Shown: positions 58,145 through 64,000 of the stretch, piece after piece
How the letters are laid out: the number at the start of each line of letters is the position of its first letter
How positions within the stretch are numbered: the stretch's first letter is position 1
Origin: Acetobacteraceae bacterium
GTDB taxonomy: Bacteria; Pseudomonadota; Alphaproteobacteria; Acetobacterales; Acetobacteraceae
Direction: 5' to 3'
Length of the DNA stretch: 64,000 bases
Assembly (NCBI GenBank): GCA_027487385.1
Contig: JAIYDS010000015.1
Location: forward strand, 282-64,281
Made by a program: the position numbers and the translations under genes
The notes under the pieces: generated by a model
What the model was told of the DNA's origin: nothing
Databases searched by the model: none
What the model saw: only the letters and a program-made list of their open reading frames with translations

Positions 58145-59086
58145 TCAGCCGACGGGTGTGAGAACCGGCCGCCCCTCGAAATGGGCGCGCAGATTCTCCA
58201 CCACGAGCGAGGCCGTCGCCAGGATCGACTCGGGCGAGCGGCCGGCGATGTGCGGCGTGATGATGAGGTTGGGCAGGGCGCGCATCGCCTCCGGCACCTC
58301 GGGCTCGCCATCCACCACGTCGATCGCGGCGCCTGCGATGGTGCCGGCCGAGAGCGCCGCGACCAGCGCCGCCTGGTCCAGCACGCTGCCGCGGCCGATA
58401 TTCACCAGATGGCCTGAGGGCCCCAGCGCCTCCAGCACCGGGGCGTCCACCAGGTGCCGCGTGGCCGCACCGCCGGGGGCCGCGACCAGCAGCACATCCG
58501 CCCACGCCGCCAGCGCGCGCGGCGATTCCATCCAGGGATAGGCACAGCCCTCGCGCGCGCGGCGGTTGTGATAGGCGATCTCCATGCCGAAGCCGCCCTG
58601 GGCGCGCGCCGCGATCATGGCGCCGATCTCGCCCAGGCCGAGGATTCCGAGGCGCTTGCCGCTCACACCCGGGCGCGGCCAGCGCACCCCCATCCATTCG
58701 CCGCGCTTCACCGCCGCATCCAGGCGGGGAATGTCGCGCAGCAGCGCCAACATCAGCGCCATGGCGTGATCGGCAACCGAGGGCGCGTTGGTGCCTGGCC
58801 CGTGCGTGACCACGATGCCGCGCGCCCGCGCGGCCGCCACGTCGATATTCTCATGGCCCACCGCGATGGCGCAGATGATCTCAAGCTTCGGAAGCGCATC
58901 CATCTCGGCCGCGGTGAAGCCCGTCGCGCCATTGGTGAGCACCGCGCGCCAATCGGGGTTGGCGGCGATGGCGCGCGCCCGCGCCTCCGGCCCCAGCGCC
59001 GGCTGCGGCGCGAAGCCGCCGTCCGCGATGCGGGCCAGGCGTTCAGGATCGAGCGGATTGAGAACCAGCAGTGGGATCGGGGCCAT
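58145..59086 (-). CDS. 2-hydroxyacid dehydrogenase
   Basis: GLGEIG, VNIGRG, DVVDGEP, TPHIAG. Confidence 0.92.
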   Translation of the reverse strand: MAPIPLLVLNPLDPERLARIADGGFAPQPALGPEARARAIAANPDWRAVLTNGATGFTAAEMDALPKLEIICAIAVGHENIDVAAARARGIVVTHGPGTNAPSVADHAMALMLALLRDIPRLDAAVKRGEWMGVRWPRPGVSGKRLGILGLGEIGAMIAARAQGGFGMEIAYHNRRAREGCAYPWMESPRALAAWADVLLVAAPGGAATRHLVDAPVLEALGPSGHLVNIGRGSVLDQAALVAALSAGTIAGAAIDVVDGEPEVPEAMRALPNLIITPHIAGRSPESILATASLVVENLRAHFEGRPVLTPVG

Positions 59087-59181
59087 GCCGGATTCTCCGG
59101 CGCGGGGTCCCGGCTGTCGAGCCGGGGACTCACGAATTCTTCATCACTTCGTCGATAGGGTTTGCCGTGCCGTCCAAAGAC

Positions 59182-60135
59182 ATGCCCATGCCGGAAGGTT
59201 TCACCCCCGCCCTCGCACAGCCTTTGCGCTGCGCCGAGCGCGGGGTCTCGACCCCGTTCACGGCGCCGCCGCTCCTGGGCGCCAGGCTGCGCCGCCGCGC
59301 GGCGCGCGGGGGCGGCTTCGAGGTGGTGGTGCCCAGCCCCGCCGGGCGCGAGGGATGGTTCATCCTGCCCTGGACCGAAGCGCTGGAGGCCCTGCAACCG
59401 AGCCTGATGGACCGTGCCCTGATCGCCGCGCTGGAAACCGCCGAACTCACCCCGGCCCAGCTGCGCGAGGCCGCAATCACCGCGGCGGAGGGCGGGTTGG
59501 GCGGGCGGCCGCTGCGGCGCGCCGCGCATGCCGCGCGCGCCCGGCAGGCGCGGCGCGAAGCGCTGACCCTCGCCGCCCTCGACCGCCACGGCGCGGGCTT
59601 CGCGCTGGAGGCCTTTCGCGGCTGCGGCCTGCCCGGCCAGACCGCGCCGCACATGGTCAGCCTGCGGCGCATCCGCGACTTTGCCCAATCCCTGCGCGCA
59701 TGGCTGCCCGAGGCGATGAACGAGGCCGATCACGCCCGCGCCACGACGCTGGCGCAGCGCGCCGAGCAGATCGCCGCCGCAGCGGATGTGCTGATCGCCG
59801 CCAATCGCGCGCGCCTGGGCGCGCTGCGCGGCCTCGCCCCGCGCTGGCCGGAGCTGGGACCGATCTGGCAGGCCGAGGCCGCGCGGGCCGAGCTGGTGAT
59901 GGATGGCTGGGAATTGCTGGCCAGGATCTGGGCCATGGCATCGGAGGCGGAGCGCGGCCCCACCCTGCGCCGCTGCCTCGCCCTCGCGCCGCCCACGGCC
60001 GAGGAAATGCGCGCCTGGCCCGGCTGTGGCGCCCTCACCAGCATGCCGGAATGCCCGGCAGCCCCGCCCGAGGCGCGCTTCATCACCGCGCACCGGGCCG
60101 AGGCCGTCATCGCCGATTGGCTCGCCCCCGCATGA
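59182..60135 (+). CDS. hypothetical protein
   Basis: Long ORF with coding-like GC3 bias, Ala/Leu/Arg-rich; ATGA-coupled to the next gene; no recognised motif. Confidence 0.7.
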   Translation: MPMPEGFTPALAQPLRCAERGVSTPFTAPPLLGARLRRRAARGGGFEVVVPSPAGREGWFILPWTEALEALQPSLMDRALIAALETAELTPAQLREAAITAAEGGLGGRPLRRAAHAARARQARREALTLAALDRHGAGFALEAFRGCGLPGQTAPHMVSLRRIRDFAQSLRAWLPEAMNEADHARATTLAQRAEQIAAAADVLIAANRARLGALRGLAPRWPELGPIWQAEAARAELVMDGWELLARIWAMASEAERGPTLRRCLALAPPTAEEMRAWPGCGALTSMPECPAAPPEARFITAHRAEAVIADWLAPA

Positions 60136-61337
60136 GCGGCAAGCGCGATCTGCGAGACCTCACGGTGGCCATCGCCGCGGCCAGCGAGGGGCAGTTGCGC
60201 CGCCTGGTCCCGGTGCTCGACGCGCTGCCCGAGCGCGGCATGGCCAATGCCCTGCTCGACGGGGCGCGGCCCCGGCTGCGGCATTTGCGCCCGGCCCGGC
60301 CGATGAGTGTCACCCGTCTGCTCTTCCTCCCGCTCGACGCGCTGATCATCCCGCCGCGCGATTGGAAGCCGGGCCTGGGCCTTTTGCCGCGCAGCGCCCT
60401 GGTCCCGCTGGCCCGCGCCCTGGCCGAGATACAGCCCGAGCTGGTCGCGCATTGGCAGGTCCGGCTGGACGGGGCGCAGATGAGCCAGGCGAGCCTCCTG
60501 CGGGAGGCCGGCGCCGCCCTCTGGCCCGCTGCCGCCGCACTTCCCCGCCATCCGCCCCCAGGCTGGGACGAGGCCGGGCTGCCCGCCCATGTCTTCCCAG
60601 AGGTGATCGGGCTTTGCACCACCCTCTGGCGCCATGGGCCGGCGCTCATTCGCCTGCGCCTCACCGCCGCCGATGGTCCGCCCGAAAGCCTGGCGCGGCC
60701 CATCTTTCGCCAGATTGCCACCGAGGGGACGGAGGTGGTGGAGCTATGCCTGCGGGCACTGCTGCACCAGGCCGCCAAGCCGGCCCGGCTGGTCGCCATC
60801 GTGGCGGGGCTGAACGCGGCCCTGGCACCGGCGGCGGAACGCGCGCTCGACCAATATCTGGAGGCGGCCGAGCCCGGCCTGGATGTGGCCGATCTCGCCA
60901 CCACCGCCGCGATCGCCCAGCGCTTCGCCGCGCTGCTGGAGGATCTCGACCAATCGGTGACGCGCGACAAGCCGCGCCGGGGGCAGCTTCTGCAGGCCCT
61001 GCGCCGCTCGGCCGCCGAGAGCTGCGCGGCCCGGCTCAAGACCGAGCTGCCGCTCCGGCTGATGGAGCCGCTGGAGGCGCTGATGGCAGACCCCGCCCCC
61101 ACCGATGCGGCGGTGGGGGCGCTGGAACAGGCGGCCGTGGCGCTGCGCGGCCTCGCGGATTCAGGGCGCCGTCTTTATGCGCCGCTCGCGGCCGAGCGCC
61201 TGCTGGAGCCCTGCCTCGGCTTTCTGGCACGGCAGGCCGCGCTGCTGCCCGAGGAGGGGCCGCGCTTCCTGCGCCAGGATGCGCTGCGCCTGGTGCAGAT
61301 CCTCGCCAACCCGGCCGAGGCCGCGCGGCTGGGCTGA
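60132..61337 (+). CDS. hypothetical protein
   Basis: Start MSGKRDL within ORF 58788..61337; helical, Leu-rich, with a conserved-looking segment RLLFLPLDALII; no recognised motif. Confidence 0.72.
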   Translation: MSGKRDLRDLTVAIAAASEGQLRRLVPVLDALPERGMANALLDGARPRLRHLRPARPMSVTRLLFLPLDALIIPPRDWKPGLGLLPRSALVPLARALAEIQPELVAHWQVRLDGAQMSQASLLREAGAALWPAAAALPRHPPPGWDEAGLPAHVFPEVIGLCTTLWRHGPALIRLRLTAADGPPESLARPIFRQIATEGTEVVELCLRALLHQAAKPARLVAIVAGLNAALAPAAERALDQYLEAAEPGLDVADLATTAAIAQRFAALLEDLDQSVTRDKPRRGQLLQALRRSAAESCAARLKTELPLRLMEPLEALMADPAPTDAAVGALEQAAVALRGLADSGRRLYAPLAAERLLEPCLGFLARQAALLPEEGPRFLRQDALRLVQILANPAEAARLG

Positions 61338-61409
61338 CAGCCCGCGCCTTGCGCCACATCATTGCCGGCGACGCCCGCGCCCCCTAGCCTCCCTCGGGAA
61401 AGGAGCGCC

Positions 61410-62153
61410 ATGCGCATCGCCCTGCTCGCCGATATCCACGCCAACCTGGAAGCGCTGGAGGCCTGCCTAGCCCATGCGGCGGCGCAGCGGGCCGAAAGGC
61501 TCGTCTTCCTGGGCGATCTCGTGGGCTATGGCGCCGATCCGGAGGCGGTGGTCGCGCGGGTGCGGGGCCTGATGGCGGCCCCAGGCACCGTCGTGCTGCG
61601 CGGCAATCACGACGAGGCGGCGCTGCGCGGCCCCATCGGCTTCAGCGGCCTCGCCGCCGAGGCGATGCGCTGGACCCAGGCGCGGCTCGATGCGGCCACC
61701 AAGAGCTTCCTCGCCGACCTGCCCTTCACCCATGAGGAGGAGGACCGGCTCTACACCCATGCCGATGGCGCAAACCCGCCCGCCTGGCGCTATGTGACCG
61801 GCCCGGCCGAGGCACGGCGCAGCCTCGCCGGCACCACGGCGCGCCTCACCTTCTGCGGCCACACCCATGTGCCCGCGCTCTTCGGCCTGACCGCCACCGA
61901 AAAGCTGCTGCACCATGAGCCCTTGTCCGACCTCATGCTGCCGCTGCTGCAGCCACGCCGCTGGCTCGCCGTGATCGGCGCCGTGGGCCAGCCGCGCGAT
62001 GGCAACCCGGCCGCCTGCTACGGGCTGCTCGACACCGCGAAGGCCGAATGCGGCTGGCTGCGCGTGCCCTATGACATCGAGGCCGCGGCGCGGAAGATCC
62101 GCGCGGCCGAACTGCCCGAGGCGCTGGCGGCGCGCCTCTTCGAGGGGCAATGA
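61410..62153 (+). CDS. calcineurin-like metallophosphoesterase (PPP-like phosphatase)
   Basis: DIH, GDLVG, GNHD, GHTH, GAVGQPRD; AGGAG RBS upstream. Confidence 0.92.
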   Translation: MRIALLADIHANLEALEACLAHAAAQRAERLVFLGDLVGYGADPEAVVARVRGLMAAPGTVVLRGNHDEAALRGPIGFSGLAAEAMRWTQARLDAATKSFLADLPFTHEEEDRLYTHADGANPPAWRYVTGPAEARRSLAGTTARLTFCGHTHVPALFGLTATEKLLHHEPLSDLMLPLLQPRRWLAVIGAVGQPRDGNPAACYGLLDTAKAECGWLRVPYDIEAAARKIRAAELPEALAARLFEGQ

Positions 62154-63526
62154 GAACCGGCGAGGTCATCGGCGGCTTCACCGCCGGCGCGGTCCTCCAT
62201 CGCGGCGGCATGGCCGAACTGCGGGAGGCCACGCATCCGGACCACAGCCTGCCCATCCTCGTGAAGCTGCCCCTGCTGGCCGAGGGCGACGACCCGGCCG
62301 CCATTGTCGGCTTCGAGATGGAGCAGATGATCCTGCCGCGCCTGAGCGGCCCGCATGTGCCGCGCTGCCTCGGCGTCGGCCATGAGCCGCTGCCCTGGAT
62401 CGCCATGGAGCGGATCGAGGGCGAGACGCTGCTGCCGCTGCTCGACCGCCTGCCTTTGCCCATCGCGGAGGTGGTGGAGACGGGCGCGCTGATCGCCGAT
62501 GCGCTGTGCGCGCTGCACCGCCAGGGCGTGGTGCATCTGGATGTGAAGCCAGCCAATCTGATGCGCGCCGGCGGGCGCATCGTGCTGCTGGATTTCGGCC
62601 TGTCGCACCACGCGCAGCTGCCGGATCTGATGAGCGAGGAATTCCGCCTGCCCTATGGCTCGGCGCCCTATATGGCGCCGGAGCAGATCATCGGCGTGCG
62701 GGGGGATCCCGCCTCGGACCTCTTCGCGCTCGGGGCCTTCCTCTATGCGCTCACCACGGGGCGCAATCCCTTTGGCGACCCGCAGCACATGGGGGTGATG
62801 AAGCGCCGCCTCTGGTGGGATCCGCCGCCACCGCGCGCGCTGCGCCCCGACTGCCCGCCCTGGCTGCAGGAAATCATCCTGCGGAACCTGGAGGTCGAGC
62901 CCGCGCGGCGCCACCCGACGGCGGCCCAGCTGGCCTTCGATCTGCGCCACCCCGAGCAGGTGAGCCAAGGCCCGCGCGCGGCGAAGCTCAAGCGCGACGC
63001 CTGGTCCGAGCGGATGCGCCGCCGCTTCCACCCGGACCACCAGCCCCAGCTGCGGCGCAACGCCATCGCCATGGCCCATGTCGGCGCGCCGATCATCGCC
63101 GTCGCGATCGACCTGGAAGAGACCTCGGCCGAACTGGCCGCCGCCATGCGCGGCATGGTCACACAGATCATGGCGACGCTGCCCGGCGCGCGCGTCGCCT
63201 GCGTGAATGTGCTTCGGACCCATCTGCTGCGGCCCGACATGGCGCTGGATGAGGAAGGGCGGAACAAGCATCTGCAGCGGCTGCTGGAGCTGCGCCACTG
63301 GTCCGCGCCGCTGAAACTGCCCGAGGAACGGCTGACGCATCACGTGCTGGAGCAGACCAGCGCGGCCACCGCCATCCTGGAATACGCGCAGGCAAGCCGG
63401 GTGGACCACATCATCCTGGGCGCCCGCGCCGACAGCCTGGGCCGCCGTGTGCTGGGCAGCGTAGCGGCCGAGGTGGCGCGGGATGCGGGTTGCTCTGTGA
63501 CCGTGGTGCGACTGCGCCCTGGGTAA
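62150..63526 (+). CDS. bifunctional Ser/Thr protein kinase / universal stress protein
   Basis: Hanks motifs RGGMA, LVK, HLDVKPAN, DFG, YMAPE, SDLFALG; C-terminal USP domain (AVAID...IILGAR...LGSVAAEV...CSVTVV). Confidence 0.92.
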   Translation: MRTGEVIGGFTAGAVLHRGGMAELREATHPDHSLPILVKLPLLAEGDDPAAIVGFEMEQMILPRLSGPHVPRCLGVGHEPLPWIAMERIEGETLLPLLDRLPLPIAEVVETGALIADALCALHRQGVVHLDVKPANLMRAGGRIVLLDFGLSHHAQLPDLMSEEFRLPYGSAPYMAPEQIIGVRGDPASDLFALGAFLYALTTGRNPFGDPQHMGVMKRRLWWDPPPPRALRPDCPPWLQEIILRNLEVEPARRHPTAAQLAFDLRHPEQVSQGPRAAKLKRDAWSERMRRRFHPDHQPQLRRNAIAMAHVGAPIIAVAIDLEETSAELAAAMRGMVTQIMATLPGARVACVNVLRTHLLRPDMALDEEGRNKHLQRLLELRHWSAPLKLPEERLTHHVLEQTSAATAILEYAQASRVDHIILGARADSLGRRVLGSVAAEVARDAGCSVTVVRLRPG

Positions 63527-63598
63527 AGCATTGCGACTGCGCCCGGGGTAAAGCCTTGCGACTGCGCCCAGGGTAAAGCCTTGCGACTGCGGCCGGGA
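63507..63598 (+). repeat. 25-bp tandem repeat (3 full copies plus 1 partial)
   Basis: TGCGACTGCGCCCNGGGTAAAGC(A/C)T at 63507, 63532 and 63557, partial at 63582. The first copy contains the kinase stop codon. Confidence 0.9.
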
Positions 63599-63672
63599 GA
63601 GTCACCCCGCGCACCCCTCGCATGCAACCCGCCGCCCCGCACGGCGTTCTCCCCCCGACTCACAAGGGGAAG

Positions 63673-63924
63673 ATGACCATGCGCAGCTTGCACAGACTGA
63701 CGATGCTGCTGGCCCTGGCCGGCGGCTTGGCCGCCTGCGGCCAGACCACGGGCGACCGCGCGCTCTCGGGCGGTGGCCTGGGCGCCGCAGCCGGCGCCGG
63801 CGTCGGCGCGCTCACCGGCACCAGCGTGCTGGGCGGTGCGGCGATTGGCGGCCTGGCGGGCGCGGCCGCGGGCGGTCTCACCTCGCCTGGCACGGTCAAT
63901 CTCGGCCGGCCCGCCTGGCGGTGA
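63673..63924 (+). CDS. small glycine-zipper lipoprotein
   Basis: Lipobox LAAC, then a Gly/Ala zipper (GGGLGAAAGAGVG...GAAIGGLAGAAAGG). Confidence 0.8.
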   Translation: MTMRSLHRLTMLLALAGGLAACGQTTGDRALSGGGLGAAAGAGVGALTGTSVLGGAAIGGLAGAAAGGLTSPGTVNLGRPAWR

Positions 63925-64000
63925 TGGAGATGCCCACGACCGTCGCCAAGACCAACACCCATATCCGCCCCGTGCCGCCAGAGATCGAACCCGGCGTGGG
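63924..64000 (+). CDS. possible start of a CDS running off the window
   Basis: TGATG overlap with the lipoprotein stop; open frame MEMPTTVAKTNTHIRPVPPEIEPGV to the edge. Confidence 0.3.
   Translation, partial: MEMPTTVAKTNTHIRPVPPEIEPGV

Noticed and set aside
58788-61337. Single 849-aa protein
   Set aside because: The upstream part overlaps the minus-strand dehydrogenase and another plus-frame gene; the coding-like portion begins at ATG 60132.
63507-63598. Possible mini-CRISPR array
   Set aside because: The repeats are head-to-tail with no spacers, and there are no cas genes in the window.

Overview
Very GC-rich alphaproteobacterial DNA. The gene content and many orphan Bug/TctC solute-binding genes suggest Roseomonas/Roseococcus-like Acetobacteraceae (inference). 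The left 8.6 kb is housekeeping: trpE (partial), ppiD/SurA-like, tpiA, minCDE, a serine hydrolase and comM/yifB. From about 8.6 to 49.9 kb lies a block made only of catabolic, transport and regulator genes, starting with possible IS-end remnants just after comM. It holds (i) an M20 / Mo-hydroxylase large subunit / Bug / PotABCD-like / amidohydrolase / DUF1989 operon with a divergent GntR, (ii) two paralogous hydantoinase/oxoprolinase A+B pairs, (iii) MFS, a tannase/feruloyl-esterase-family enzyme, LysR, a crotonase and an NDP-forming acyl-CoA ligase, and (iv) an IclR-controlled DUF1537 kinase / PdxA2 / Fe-ADH / BNR sialidase-like / DapA-like cluster. The right part has an orphan eutC, arfB, hrpB, redox and hydrolase genes, and a four-gene block of two unknown proteins, a metallophosphoesterase and a Ser/Thr kinase-USP fusion, followed by a 25-bp tandem repeat that duplicates the kinase stop codon. 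I saw no rRNA, tRNA, CRISPR array or intact transposase/integrase. All product calls come from motif recognition by eye; no database searches were run.
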